From NCBI RefSeq assembly GCF_030028105.1, contig NC_092379.1, positions 20,189,309 through 20,253,308 of the forward strand: a stretch of 64,000 bases of DNA. The letters run 5' to 3'. The DNA comes from Mobula birostris. Its lineage: Eukaryota. Below are positions 12,960-27,339 of the stretch, piece by piece. Made by a program: the position numbers and the translations under genes. The notes under the pieces are model-generated. The model was not told where the DNA came from. It was given only the letters and a program-made list of their open reading frames with translations, and searched no databases. How positions within the stretch are numbered: the first letter of the stretch is position 1; each line of letters opens with the position of its first letter.

Positions 12960-13645
12960 ACACTGCCTGTCCTGTCAGCGCAGACCCTGCAGCACCAACC
13001 AAATACCGACCGATCTTTTCTATGACCTCGGACAGGATTGTACATTCAAAACCCAACAGCCGAAGTGCGGGCGGGAAGATTGACAAGCTGTGATTGGAGG
13101 ATCGGCCGTCACGTGATGAGAGGGGGGTCGGGAGCTGTTCGAGCAGCGAATTTGATTCTCAATGGTCGGTGGCCGAGTGTGGGCTGGTCGAGGTTCTCAC
13201 CGGAGGTCGGGACAGCCGGCAAGAGGTGATTCGGGGAGAGAGTGGGGTTGGGGAACAAGGGATACGGCAAAAGTTCTGACTGGAGGAACGGACAGAAGGT
13301 GACATACGGCCTCCTCCGACTCGCACTTGTCAGAGGCTTTGAGCGCTGATTAGTCTCCCGGTGCCCGCGCGACTGGCGAGGGACGAGCGCGCGGCAAAGG
13401 CTCCGGTCGCGGGAAGAGAGCGCGAGAAAATGAGGCTCCGATTGGTTGACGGGTGAGCGCACGTGACGAGGCGTCGAGCGCGCGCATCCCTCCGACAGCG
13501 CAACCGCGAGCGGCGGGAGAAAGGAGGCGCCAGCGCTCAGCTTTCGTGTCCGGTAGTCCGCAGTCCGTGAGTGGAGGAGCCTGAGGGTGGGCCTCACCGG
13601 AGGGGAGATCAGCGGCCAACGGGACAACACATTGCAGGGTAAGGG
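12960..13645 (+). promoter_or_regulatory. CpG-island promoter with two CCAAT + E-box modules and a probable non-coding first exon (donor at 13639)
   Basis: Abrupt GC/CpG-rich block; ATTGG 13093 + CACGTG 13110; ATTGG 13441 + CACGTG 13460; CAGG|GTAAGG donor at 13638/13639. Confidence 0.7.
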
Positions 13646-14039
13646 GAGAGGCAGAGCTGTGAAGCTCGTTGGTTTCCTAGTATATCAGACCAATATTTCA
13701 ACGGTTCCATTTAATATTAGAGAATGTATACAGTATACAACCTGAAATTCTTACTCTCTGGAGACATCCCCGAAACAGAAGAAACTACCCAAAGAATGAA
13801 TGACAGAACAAAACGTAAAAACCCCAAAGCCTCCTGCTCCCCTCACGTACAAAACAGCATCAACCCCACTCCCCTCCCCCACTTATTTTAGCATAAAGCA
13901 TCAGCATTCTTACCACCCACCATGCAAACAAAAGCAAAGCCCCCAAAGAGAGATCATGGTTTACGGTCAATCAATCTGTTCCCTCCAACACAGACTCCAG
14001 CTGAACAAGAGCAGGAAACGAGGAATCAACATAAGGGTG

Positions 14040-15600
14040 AGCAGGAGACACGGGAGACTGCAGATGCTGGAATCTGGGGCAACAAGTAGTCTGCTGGATA
14101 AACTAAGCAGTTTGACCAGTGCTTGTGGGTGGAGGAATATGTTGCAGGCACAAGGCGTATATGAGCAATCTGAGCTGGAGGGGCAGGTAAGGGAGCACAT
14201 GATGGGAGTGGTGATGTGTGAAATAGCCAATGGCTGGAATGCAGCCAGGTATGGAAAAGGGCAATAAGAGTGAGAAGAGTAGGCCAGACAGCATCTGTAG
14301 AGATAGAGAAAATGGTTTTATATTACATTTTTGTGGATGCCCTTCATCAGAGCTAAACAGTTCTGTCACAAATTGGAATGGCTGGTTATCTGAGATTGTG
14401 AGTCATCTCTTAGACACAGGGTTTGTGATGTGCTTAATTGTGAGATATGATGCCCTTCCTCAAGCTTCACCTTGAGTTGTCAAAGTGAGGATGATCAGAG
14501 TGGAGTGTTGAATTCATGTGAGAACAAAGTGGGATCTGTCAGAATAAAGAATTCTTGAAATCAGTCACTGGGTTTGTGGTTTCCCAGTGTAGAGGCGTCC
14601 ACATCCTGAGCAGGGGATCAACTACAGTAACTCAGAGATGTGCAAATAAAGCACGGTCTGATCTGAAAGGAGCCTTTGCATCTCTGGGAGTTGGGTTGGG
14701 ATCAAGTTAAAAAGGCAGTTGTTTGATCTCCAAAAGTTGTGAGGACAGCAAGTGTTATGTAGTCACAGCAAATCAATGCAGAAGAGTGAATTGTGGAAGA
14801 GATAATCTAACTCAATTGTTAAATGGAAGGGGCGGAAATTTTTGCTGTCAATGACATTACCTGGGAGGTGATGGAAATGATGGAGAATGATTAATGAACT
14901 GTGGGAACTTGTGGACCTGCTGATGAGTGGGAGGTGATAATGGAGTGAGAGCTGGAGTGCTGTAAGTGGAAAAGACATGGTTGAGATTTGGTCAACTATG
15001 GTGGAGGAGAAGGGATGTTTTAGAGAAAAGAAGGTCACCTTGTAAACAGTGATGTGAAGGTACCATCGGATCAAATACAGTGGACCCGGGGAAACAGAAT
15101 GTAGTGGGATCCTTTCAGCAAGTAGAAAGGGAGGATTGAATCTGGTTTAATGGTGGAATTGACACTAGATTGGTTATGTCTGTATTCTGTGCATGTCACT
15201 GGGACAGACATTGGGCTCTGATTGACTGTTTTTTGTCTCTCTGATGGGTATATAGGGCCATACTCTGTTGGAATAAATGGTGGGACAGTGGTGGGGATGA
15301 AACTCAATGGTGATTGTGATTGTGTCAATGTCTGTGGCATGTACGTTAGGACTGGAAGGCGGGTGAAGTATGGGTCGGGCACTGGATAGTGGATGTAGTG
15401 CAGGAAGGACTCTGGAGAGTGATTCTGATTGTTTAATGTATAGATAATAAGTCGGACATGGTGGGTGTAACTGAGATATGTCATTGTGTGACTGTTGGAC
15501 GTGTGGAGTATACAGAGTCAATAAAGTTGGTGACAGGACGTTGATTACATGGTGGGTAGCCAGGTAAATGTGGGGTTTGTCTGATGTTACTATAAACTTC
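14040..15600 (-). mobile_element. Old Penelope-like element remnant (RT, GIY-YIG, terminal repeat)
   Basis: Minus strand near 14600 reads CSGCGRLYTG (Penelope CSRCGLLYIGET); terminal-repeat pieces at 14040-14130 and 14280-14355 with CTGATGA core. Confidence 0.55.
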
Positions 15601-16099
15601 TGTGAATGGGCATCAAACCCCTGGCCATGTTAGCTCACAACCATCTCACCGAAACCAAGCTCTGAGAATGTGTTCCCAGTACAACATGCGTCCATTTCAG
15701 ACTCTTGGTGGAAAGGTGACATCAGGGAAGTGCATCAACTGTCCCTGCCTAATCCCAACATCTCTACAACAATATTTTGATGGATAATTCCTTTTGTTTT
15801 CGTTTGCATTTATATTAATTCAATACAGAAAATGTGATAAGGTCTGATTGTTTTCTGTTGTTCACTCTTACATTCTTCATGTTCTCAGAACTCAAGGGTT
15901 ACAATCTTCTTACTCTTCTTCAAACTCAGTGAGTCTGACCCACAATTCACCTGTCGTACTCATGAAAACCTGATCTTCCTGGCTATACAGATCACACAGG
16001 AGCACTCAGTTATCATTAGTGATCAAAATGCAGAAAGGAATTGGGTGAGTTTCACTTACCATGAGCCGGGACTTGGCGCAAGAGGTAAGAGAGTCTAAA

Positions 16100-19000
16100 G
16101 CAGGTAGGTCCCATGACCTTCTGGTGAGTTTCATTTAACAGGCTCCAAAAGTGCAGCGTTTACAATTAGTAGGTTAATAATTGGTTAGTTATGATCTAAT
16201 TAACAGGAGCCAATACAAGAAATTAGGATCAAGCAGAGTTGCCTTTGTGACAGTGGGCCAGTAGACTGGAGGAGAGCAGAAACTTTGACTCAACAGCCTT
16301 TGATATGAAGAAGTGGTGTATGTGGCTCAGATTTGGGGAATAAGGATAATTTTCTAAAAAGGCTTCACTGAGAATGCACAGGTAAGGTTATATTTTGTTG
16401 TTCATCCTCAGTCCTTGATTCAGTCAATGCAGGATAGTGGTTAGGCAGTGGAATGTTCCTCCTAAAAAGACGTAGGAATTCAGGGAACCTCATGGTTTAC
16501 ATGTGTAGACAGTTCACCCTTGCATACTGGGTCAAGGAACTGGGGCTGGACCTGCAGGCACTTGGGATCATCTGGGAAGCTGATGGCTTTAGAGATGAGA
16601 CCTTTACTGATGTGTTCACAACTAAAGTGCACATTTCAGATATATGGGGGAGGACAGGGGGAATGCAATTCGTGCAAGGGTCCCCTGTGGTCATTCCCCC
16701 GTCTAACAAGTACATGTCTTCGGATACTGTCGAGGGCGATGTTCGCTCAAGGGCTAGCAGACATTGTCAGATCTTTGACTCTGTGACTGGCTCTTAGGCT
16801 CAGAGAGTGAGCATGGAGGCATACTGGTCATCATGACAGATGACTCAATGGACTTAGAAGTATCTTAGAAATTTGTGAAAACTCAGTGTCATTTGAAACA
16901 TTGTCAAACTTCTATAGCTGCGCTGTGGAGACAATACAGACTGGTTGCATCATGACCAATACCCTTGAACAGAAAAACCTGAAGGAGGTAGTGGATACAA
17001 CCAGGCCCATTGTGGGTAAAGCCCTGTCCACCATTGAGCACGTCTACAAGGAGCACTGTCACAGGAAAGCAGTGCAATTATCAAGTACCTACTCCATCCC
17101 GGCCATGTTCTCTTCTTTGGAAGGAAGTACAGGAGCCGCAGGACCCACACCACTAGGTTTAGGAACAGTTATTACCCCTCAACCATCAGGCTCTTGAACC
17201 AGATGAGATAACTTCACTCACCCCAACACGGAACTTCCTGCAACCTATGCTATAACTTCTTCGTGACTGTTCATGAACTGTTCCCGCTACCGACAACTGT
17301 TCATCTCATGTTCTTGATATTTATTGCTTATTTATTTATTGTTATTATTTTGTTTGTTTCTTTTTTAATTTAGTATTTGCAGTTTGTTGTCTTTTGTTCA
17401 TTGGTTGCTTGATTGGCATGTGTGTGTTTTTTCATTGACATGATAGTGTTTCTTTGTATTTACTCTGATGCCTCAAGAAAATGAATTTCGGGGTAGTATG
17501 TGGTGACAACAAGGGAGGGTTTAAACTAGATTGGCAAAGTAGTGGGACACGAGAGTGTGAAGTCAGTGAGAAGACAGGGTTATATTCAGCAACCCAAGAG
17601 TGTTCACCCAGCAATCAGCATAGCCATGTTTACAGTGAAGTTGCAGTTAAGACCACTGATTTAAATTATATCTCGTTACATATACTTATGTTAACAGGTA
17701 GGTTGCATGAAATGAGAGGATTGTGGATTGTTTCTAGTAAATGGAATATTGTGGCCATAACAGAAAAGTGGCTGAGGGAGGGGCAGTGTAGTGGTCAGGG
17801 ATACTTGCTTTAGGCATGGCAGGAAGAGATAAGACTGGGGAGGGTGTTGCCCTTTTGATAATGGAGTGCTTAGAGAGGACATTCTTGAGGGGTCATCTCG
17901 TGAGGGCTTTGGGGTTGAACTTAGGAATACGAAGGGGATGGTCACCTTGGTCTGGCTAATTACAGATTCCCCCAGTAGTCAGTGGTAACTCGGGGAGCAG
18001 GCATGTAGAGAAATTGCACATAGTTGTGAGAACAGTAGAGAAGTGCTCAAAGGAAATATCAAATTTCCTGGTGTCACCTGGGTCACTCAGAGAGCAATGG
18101 GCCTGGATGGGGAAGAATTTGTGTGGAGTGTTCAAGACAATGTCCTCGCATATTATATAGAGGAAACTATTTGGGAAGGAGTGCTACTGAACCTCCTCTT
18201 AGGCAAAAGGATGGCCAAGTAACAGAAGTGTAAGATGGGGAGTCTAGTGACCACAGTTCTACAATTATAGTTTTAAAGTAGTAACGGGAAAAAAAGAGAG
18301 AACCACAGGAGCTATCATTTTCCTATTTGATAGGTCCATGTGGTAAAGTCCTTAACTACAGCAAGGCCAACTCAAGGAATTAGGCTGGATCTAGCTTGGT
18401 TTGACTGAGTGACTCTATTTAAAGATAAAGAAATATTTGGCAAGTAAGAGGTTTTTAAAAGGGTGAATCAAGAGTCCAGGGGACAGCACGTTCCTGTTAG
18501 TGTGAATGGTAGACGTACCCAGTTCAGGAAACCCTGGTTTTCAAAAGATATCAAGACTATGGTAAAGAAAAAGAAGAAAGTGTACAATGTGTTTAGGCAG
18601 CTGGATGTGAAGGAATCCCTCGATGAATATAAAAAGTTTAAATCCAGGCTTAAGAGGGAAATCAGGAGGGCAAAAAGAGGATATGAGATAGATTTGGCAG
18701 GCAAGGTTCATTAGCTACCTTCACAGTAAAAGGTTGCCTATGGGAGACTGTTTCCTTTGAAAGGCCATCTTGATAATTTGTGTGTTTAATGATGCAAGGA
18801 AGCAGAGGGTGGTGGTTGAAGGTCGATTCTCTGACTGGAGGATAGTGACTAGTGGTCACCAGTGGTCAGTGTTGGGACCTCTGTTATTCGTGATTTGAGT
18901 AAATTATTTGGAATGTGAGTGTACAAGGCACAATTCGCAAGTTTGCTGATGATACTAAATGAGGTGGTCTTGTTGATAGGAAGGAGGTTACATTGATTTG

Positions 19001-19190
19001 CCAAAAGATCTTGATCTGTTCAAGAGAAGAACTAAAGAATAGCAAATTAGATCAAAGTGAGATGATGTTTTTTTAGACAGTCAAAACAGGGAAGTACATA
19101 CAGTAAGTGGCAGGGTACTGATGAGTACTGTGGAACAGAGAGACCTTCCAGTCCAAGTACACAATTCACTGAAATCAGCTGTACAAGTTC
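16100..19190 (+). mobile_element. Heavily decayed CR1 (5' region, EN, RT) interrupted by Rex1/Babar at 16860-17500
   Basis: NIVAITEKWL, EIRRAKRGYE, FADDTK remnants. Confidence 0.7.
16860..17500 (+). mobile_element. Rex1/Babar 3' fragment
   Basis: ORF 16886-17197 TLSNFYSCAVETIQTGCI...KNLKEVVDT. Confidence 0.75.
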
Positions 19191-19442
19191 AAAGTTCAAA
19201 GTAAATTTATTATCAAATTACATACATAGATGTCACAATATACCACCCTGAGATTCATTATCTTCTGGGCACTCACAATAAATACAGGAAACAAAACAGA
19301 ATCCATAAAAGACTGCATCCAACAGGACAGATGAACAACCAATGTGCAAAAGATAAGTGTGCGAATACGGAAATAAAAAGGAAATATTAATAATAATAAT
19401 AAATAAGCAATAAATATTGAAACATAAGATGAAGAGTCAAGG

Positions 19443-22400
19443 ATGTCAAGGGTCAAGGATGTCTCTGATCGCTTGCATGACATTCTGAAGTGGGAGGGTG
19501 ATCAGCCAGATATCATGGTGCACATCGGTACCAATGACGTAGCAAGGAAGAGTGAGGAGGTCCTGGAGAGTGAGTATAGAGAGCTTGGTAGGAAGTTGAA
19601 AAGCAGGACCTCAAGGGTGGTAATCTCAGGGTTGCTACCTGTGCTGCGTGCCAGTGAGGGTAAGAATAGGATGCTCTGGAGGATGAACAAGTGGCTGAGG
19701 AACTGGTGTAGGGGGCAGGGTTTCAGATTTCAGGATCATTGGGACCTCTTCTGGGGCAGGTGGGACCTGTACCAGAGAGACGGGTTACACATGCACTACA
19801 AGGGGACCAATATCCTTTCAGGGAGGTTTGTTATTGCTATTGGGGAGGCTTTAAACTACAAACGTTTGTAGATTTGCAGGGGGATGGGCACCAGAGTGCC
19901 AGAGCTGACAGTGAGACTGGGGTGAAAATAAATGATGTTAAAAGTTCAAGCAAAGCCGCAAATAGAAAGGTTGTGAGTGGTGGTAAAAATCTTCTGAGGT
20001 GTATATATTTCAATGCTAGGAGTATTGTGGGGAAGGCAGACTAGTTGAGGGCGTGGATTGAGACGTGGAATTATAACGTTATAGCAATTAGTGAAACTTG
20101 GCTACAGGAGGGGCAGGACTGGCATCTTAATATTCCAGGGTTCCGATGTGTCGGATGTGATAGAGGCAGAGGAATGAAAGGTGGGGGGGGGGCGCGGGTA
20201 GCATTGCTTGTCAGGAAAAAATGTTACAGTAGTGCTCAGGCAGGACAGATTAGAGGGCTTGTCTACTGAGTCCTTATGGGTGGAGCTGAGAAACAGGAAA
20301 GGTATGGCCACATTAGTGGGGTTGTATTATAGACCACCCAATAGTCAGCGAGAATTGGAGGAGCAAATCTGCAGAGAGATAGCAGGCAAGTGCAGGAAAC
20401 ATAAAGTTGTGGTGGTAGGGAATTTTAATTTTCCTCATATTGATTGGGACTCCCATACTGTTAGGGGTCTAGATGGGTTAGAGTTTGTAAAATGTGTTCA
20501 GGAAAGTTTTCTAAATCAATATATAGAGGTACCAACTAGAGGGGATGCAATATTAGATCTCCTATTAGGAAATAAGTTAGGACAAGTGACAGAAGTGTGT
20601 GTAGGGGAGCACTTTGGTTCCAGTGATAATAACACCATTAGTTTCAATTTGATCATGGATAAAGATAGATCTGGTCCTAGGGTTGAGGTTCTAAACTGGA
20701 AGAAGGCCAAATATGAAGAAATGAGAAAGGATCTAAAAAGCGTGGATTGGGACAGGTTGTCCTCTGGCAAGGATGTGATCAGTAAGTGGGAAGCGTTCAA
20801 AGGAGAAATTTTGAGAGTACAGAGCTTGTATGTTCCTGTCAGGATTAAAGGCAAAGTGAATAGGAATAAGGAACCTTGTTTCTCAAGGGATATTGCAACG
20901 CTGATAAAGAAGAAGAGAGAGTTGTATGACATGAATAGGAAACAAGGAATAAATAAGGTGCTTGAGGAGTATAAAAAGTGCAAGAAAATACTTAAGAAGG
21001 AAATCAGGAGGGCTAAAAGAAGACATGAGGTTGCTTGGCAGTCAAAGTGAAGGATAATCCAAAGAGCTTTTACAGGTATATTAAGAGTAAAAGGATTGTA
21101 AGGGATAAAATTGGTCCTCTTGAAGATCAGAGTGTTCGGCTATGTGCGGAACCAAAAGAAATGGGGGAGATCTTAAATGGTTTTTTTGCATCTGTATTTA
21201 CTAAGGAAACTAGCATGAAGTCTATGGAATTAAGGGAAACAAGTAGTGAGATCATGGAAACTGTACAGATTGAAAAGGAGGAGGTGCTTGCTATCTTGAG
21301 GAAAATTAAAGTGGATAAATCTCTAGGAGATGACAGGGTATTCCTTCGGACCTTGAAGGAGACCAGTGTTGAAATTGCAAGGGCCCTAGCAGATATATTT
21401 AAAATGTCGGTGTCTATGGGTGAGGTGCCGGAGGATTGGAGAATGGCTCATGTTGTTCAGTTGTTTAAAAAAGGATTGAAAAGTAATCCGGGAAATTATA
21501 GGCCGGTTGTTAGTGGGTAAGTTACTGGAAGGAGTACTAAGAGACAAAATCACAAGCATTTTGATAGACAGGGACTTATTAGAGAGAGTCAACATGGCTT
21601 TGTGCGTGGTAGGTCGTGTTTGACCAATCTATTGGAGCTTTTCGAGGAGGTTACCAGAGAAGTGGATGAAGGGAAGGAAGTGGATGTTGTCTACATGGAC
21701 TTCAGTAAGGCCTTTGACAAGGTCCCGCATGGGAGGTTAGTTAGGAAAATTCAGTCGCTAGGAGAGGTGGTAAATTGGATTAGACATTGGCTCAATGGAA
21801 GAAGCCAAAGAGTGGTAGTAGAGGATTGCTTCTCAGAGTGGAGGCCTGTGACTAGTGGTGTGTGATAAGGATCAGTGCTGGGTCCATTGTTATTTGTCAT
21901 CTATATCAATGATCTGGATGATAATGTGGTAAATTGGATCAGCAAATTTGCTGATGATACAAAGATTGGAGGTGTAGTGGACACGGAGGAAGGTTTTCAA
22001 AGCTTGCAGAGGGATTTGGACCAGCTGAAAAAATGGGCTGAAAAATGGCAGATGGAGTTTAATACAGACAAGTGTGAGGTATTGCACTTTGGAAGGACAA
22101 ACCAAGGTAGAACATACAGGGTAAATGGTAAGGCACCGAGGAGTGCAGTGAAACAGGGGGATCTGGGAATACAGATACAAAATTCCCTAAAAGTGGCGTC
22201 ACAGGTAGATAGGGTCGTAAAGAGAGCTTTTGGTACATTAGCCTTTATTAATCAAAGTATTGTGTATAAGAGCTGGCATGTTATGATGAGGTTGTATAAG
22301 GCATTGGTGAGGCAGAATCTGGAGTATTGTGTTCAGTTTTGGTCACCAAATTACAGGAAGGATATTAATAAGGTTGAAGGAGTGCAGAGAAGGTTTACAA

Positions 22401-22850
22401 GGATGTTGCCGGGACTTGAGAATCTCAGTTACAGAGAAAGGTTGAATAGGTTAGGACTTTATTCCCTGGAGCGTAGAAGAATGAGGGGAGATTTGATAGA
22501 GGTATATAAAATTATGATGGGTATAGATAGAGTGAATGCAAGCAGGCTTTTTCCACTAAGGCAAGGGGAGAAAAAAAAGAGGACATGGGTTAAGGGGGGG
22601 GGGAGTTTATAGGGAACATTAGGTGGGGCTTCTTCACACAGAGAGTGGTGGGAGTGTGGAATGAGCTGCCAGATGAGGTGGTAAATGTGGGTTATTTTTT
22701 AGCATTTAAGAATAAATTGGACAGATACATGAATGGGTGGTGTATGGAGGGATATGGTCCATTTGCAGGTCAGTGGGACTACGCAGAAAATGGTTTAGCA
22801 CAGCCAAGAAGGGCCAAAAGGCCTGTTTCTGTGCTGTAGTTTTTCTATGG
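19443..22850 (+). mobile_element. CR1 LINE: ORF1 SGNH-esterase C-terminus plus ORF2 (APE + RT), frameshifted
   Basis: 19443-19871 VHIGTND...DGLH; YFNARSI, VIAISETWL, GLYYRPPN, GNFNFP (EN); VYMDFSKAFDKVPH, GPLLFVIYINDL, FADDTK (RT); CR1 3' tail GGGCCAAAAGGCCTGTTTCTGTGCTGTA. Confidence 0.93.
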
Positions 22851-22859
22851 TTTCGAAGA

Positions 22860-23640
22860 GTCCTTGAAAGTCAGTCCAAATTTGGGGAACAGTTCAGTGA
22901 TGGGACAAGAGAAGTTAAGTGAAGATATCCTCTGATTCAAGAGTCTGATGGTTGAGTGTTAATAACTATTCCTGAACCTGGTGGTGTGGATCCTGAGGTT
23001 CCTGCTCTTCTTTGCTGAGAATAGAGCATTGGCTGGATGATGTGGGCCCTCAATTATGGAGGCTGCTTTTCTGCGACAGCATTCCTTGTATATGAGCTCA
23101 GTGATAGGGAGGGCTTTACCCATAATGGACTGGGCTTTTCCATTCAAGGGCATTGGTGTTTCCATACCAGACCATGATGCAACCAGTCAATATACTCTCC
23201 ACCACACATCTGTTGAAATTTGTCAAAGTTTTGGATGTCAATGCCAAGTCTTGGCAAATTGGGAAGAAGGTAGAGACATTACCGTGCTTTCTTTGTAATG
23301 ACACTGACACTGAGGAATTTAAAGTTGCTGAACCTCTCCACCTCTGATCCCCTGATGAGGACTCTTGGACTTCTGGTTTCCTCCTCCTGAAGGCAAATCC
23401 TCTCCTTGATCTTGTTGACATGGAGTGATAGGTTGTTGTTGCACCACTCAGCCAGATTTTCAATCTCTCCCCTATATGCTGATTCATCACCACATTTGAT
23501 TCAGTCTATGACAGTGGAGTCATCGGCAAACATAAATATGATATGTTATGCTTAGCTTCACAGTCATAAGTATAAAATGAGAAGAGCAGGGGTAAGCACG
23601 CAGCCTTGTGGTGCACCTGTGCTGATGGAGATTGTGAGGA
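22860..23640 (-). mobile_element. Rex1/Babar RT C-terminal fragment
   Basis: KTLTNFNRCVVESILTGCIMVWYGN. Confidence 0.8.
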
Positions 23641-23649
23641 GATGACAGG

Positions 23650-24070
23650 GTGGTGAAGATGGAGTTTAACCATGCTGGCCTTCATCAGTCAGGGCATGGA
23701 GTTGAGGAGTGGGGTAATTATGTGGCAGTTATGTAAATCGTTGGTGAGGTCACATTTGGAGTATTGTGTACAGTTTTGGTCACTCTGATATAGGAAAGAC
23801 ATTGTCAGGATGGAAATGGTACAGGGGAGATGTACAAGGATGCTACCTGGACTGGAGGACCTGAGTTATAGGACGAGGTAAGCCATGCTGGTTCTTTAGT
23901 ATCTGGAGCACAGGAGAATGTGGGGTGACCTCTGAAGTTTGTAAAATCATGATGGGTATGGAATGCTGGATGGTCATTGGCTTTTCCTCATGATTGGGAG
24001 TCCAACACAGGAGAGTACAAATAGAAGAAAAGAGGGCAGAGATTAAAAGGTGATCTGAGAGTTAACCGAA
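23650..24070 (+). mobile_element. CR1 3' fragment
   Basis: LVRSHLEYCVQFW remnant. Confidence 0.7.
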
Positions 24071-25889
24071 GCAACTTAGAGAACACTATTCTTGGCAGCC
24101 TGGAACGTGCATTGTCGCACTGGGTGAGGTGACAATCCAACCCCGAGCAGATGTAAGCCGGAGTCTTTATGCTGCTGGTTCAGATGAGAATCAGGTGCCT
24201 TAATCAAGGAGCCCGGTAAAACACGGGGAAAAGGACATTAACAGAAATAAGGATTGAACGGACCGGACCATGATACTGAGTTCCTCCAGCATTTTGTGTG
24301 TGTTGCTTATTGATTTGTCAGGATTACAAACAAATTATGTGCCTCCATTCCCTAAAAGCTTTGGAGTTCTTGGACTTCCTCCTCAGGACACTCTCCATCA
24401 GGTCAAGTGAGGGGATTCTGTGCAACTTGCTAGGGCACCACTGACTTTCACAACATACCTGGACTGATCCTTCAGTGTGTGTACGTTAACCCCTCACCAA
24501 TGGGTGGCTTTGTACACAGTGTCTCTGTGTTCATTAGGTTGAAAATAACACTTCACTGTTGCATGTTTTTCCCGTTGATTTGAAATTGCTGTGAATATTT
24601 TTTTTTGTGATACTTTTGTTCTGAGTTTGCAACAGTTATAGAGAGGGTGGCAAAGTGATCTAGAGAAACAGACTACAAACCCAGCATAACTGAGAGCAAT
24701 TTGCTTCAGTACATTAAAGGAACCTGGAATTCACATACCATGAATTGAGGGAAAAGATGATGTGAAACTGCTGAATTGTTATAAACTATCAGTTCCATTC
24801 TTTCATTCAGGGAGGGGAAAGTGTGAGTCCTTCTTGCTCTGGTCTTGCAAGAGATGTCAGAAGAAAAAAAAACTATGTTTGACTGTCAGTGTCCTCAGAT
24901 TGACAAAGATGCTGCAAAAGCACAAGTTGTCTTTTTACTGCAAATGTCCTCAACTCAGATCCCCTACCTATTCTTGCATCTCCTGCACCCTCCTCTACAG
25001 CCATAGTTTCAACCACTTAGGCTGTCGGCACTGGCATCTTCTGCCATAATTGTTCCCTCTCTGAAAAGCTGTTCCATAAAACACACATCCTTAACCAGGG
25101 TTGCAATGAGCTGATAAAACACAGAGAAATGGTGAGAGACAGATGACTTGAATTTGCCATCCTGCTGTTGACAACTATTTCATGTCACTTCATTTAGTCA
25201 GCAATGGTAGATACAAATTGGCATGTTAATGTAAAGATTTTAGAGGCAGCTGATAGAGGAAGATAAATGTGAATCTGGTGCATAGAGGGAGAGAGGGAGG
25301 GAGATAAATTATATGAAGAATTAGGAAATAAAAAAGAGATGCCTAGCCAGAGGGTTTGTCAGATCCTTGTTCCTCCCACTGTGACATGATCAGCTGACTG
25401 TCAGCCATTGGTATGAAAATGGAAACTGTCACCTGTGGTGCTCTAAAATAGGACTTGCTCATTAAGAACCTGTTTACTGATGTTCAGCTTCAGTTTTCTT
25501 CAGACCACTCTGCTCCTGTTCTCATGAGGGCTTTGTTCCAAGCATGGACAGAAAAAAAGCAGAATTGTATTGAAGGAACGAGCCCTAAGGAAATAGCTGG
25601 TGTTCATAAGGCAGGAATTCTGTTGCACAAAGCCGAGCTGATTGTCACTCAAATGTGAGTAAACTCTATCTCTGTGAATCTTTTCTCATCATTTCCCTAC
25701 ATTTCATGTGATGCTCACTGATCTATAATTTGGTGAATAACCACAATTGCCCTTCTACAAAGAAAAACATTAGCAATTTTGCAGACATCTGGGACCTCAG
25801 GTGTCACTAAAGGAAATAAAAATACAACTAGCTCTTGTCCCAGCCCACTCTCCCACCTCTTTATAGTGGTGATCTCTGTTCTACTCTTT

Positions 25890-26620
25890 CAGTTAAGATA
25901 AACGGCCTTCACCCAAATATTGATTAGCCATTTCCCTCCAAAATGTCAGATTCACTTGGACTATTTCCAACACCAACTTTCCCATTTCTAGGTCCACCGA
26001 CAATGACCGCAAGCCCACTAATTCCCATAGCTACCAGGACTAACCTTCCCATCAAATTCTTCCATGTAAGTGTGCCATTCCTTCCTCTCCGTTTCTCCAT
26101 TTCTGTGGCATCTGTTCTTGAGAGGTGGCCTTCCAATACAGGACATCTAAAATATCGGGTTTTCAGAAAGAGCAGCAACTTCCAATTCAATCTCCTGCTA
26201 CAATCGATAGAGACCTGACCCAAATCTCCATTTCCAACAACTCTATACTGAATACATCTCCCTCAGACAAAACTAGGTGATAGTTCCCTTTCACGTCACC
26301 AGCCTTCAGCCTTCACATCTTCATCCATTGTTGACTATTGAATTCAGTGCTCTCAAAGTGACCCAACTGATGACGAGGGAACCACCTTAGCAAACATCTG
26401 CACTTCAGGCACCATGGCCACCTATAGCTCCCACTTGGAAGCCATTTTAATTCCCCTCCCCATTGCCACAGTAAACCGTCTGGTCTCGGCGTCATTCAGT
26501 GTCATGGTGAGGCTAAAAGCAAGTTAGAGGAATAGATCCTCATTCTCCAATTGAGTTATTGACAGTCTGATATTACAAATATTGGATTCACCAATTTCGG
26601 GTCAACTTCTCCTCCTCTGT
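25890..26620 (+). mobile_element. Penelope-like element remnant (GIY-YIG C-terminus)
   Basis: ~26444-26600 HFNSPPHCHSKPSGLGVIQCHGEAKSKLEE*ILILQL...NIGFTNF, resembling Penelope HFNSPSH...RKLEEQHLIFRLG...NIEF. Confidence 0.7.
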
Positions 26621-27339
26621 CCCCTTTTCTCTCTCATCCTGATAAACCCAGATCCTCTCATACACATCCCTCTTTCCAAACTCCACATCTCCAATGAGAC
26701 CACAGGGAAATTGTTTATTTCTGCCAAGTACATTTCAAGAGAGATCAAGCAGCAGTACCATGGTGTTTTGCTTATCGTGGAGGGTGAAGGTCAGAGTGAG
26801 ATGGATTTTTTTATGATACTGTACTTAGCTTTCAACCTTAAAATGTCTAATTTCCTCAGCTCTGGTGAAAGGCTTGCGATATTAGTTTGTTGCTCTCTCC
26901 ACAGTTAGTGGCTGTCCTGTAATTTCAGTAGTTTTTTTCTCTTATTTGCAACACATGTAGTTATTTGTCCGTCAGTGATGATCTCATTCTTCCTGTTGTT
27001 CAGACATCAATTTTGACTGAAGCAGATTTGATTTGAACAATTTGTTACCCTGGAATAATAACTACAACCAATAGGGGTCAGAGGAACACCTCCAGATAGT
27101 GAGCCTTTAGTTAAACTAGCTGCTGTAATAGTAACCAACAGTCTCTGGGTGTCAGGGTAACAGTCAGGCACAGAGACTCTGCTGGATGGTGTAGGTGGAT
27201 TCCGGAGCATCAGGAGTTCCCGAGTCTGCAGGAGCTCCTCAGATGACATCACCATGTTGAAATATGTCTCCTTCCACATCCCAAGTACATGCTTGTTTGT
27301 GGGTTAATTGGCCACTGTAAATTGCACGTGTTTGTAGAA

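Noticed and set aside
26790-27280. Coding-looking minus-strand stretch (ORF 27007-27279 and an alternative frame)
   Set aside because: Several stops, no family I can recognise, no clear splice pair; needs a tBLASTx search
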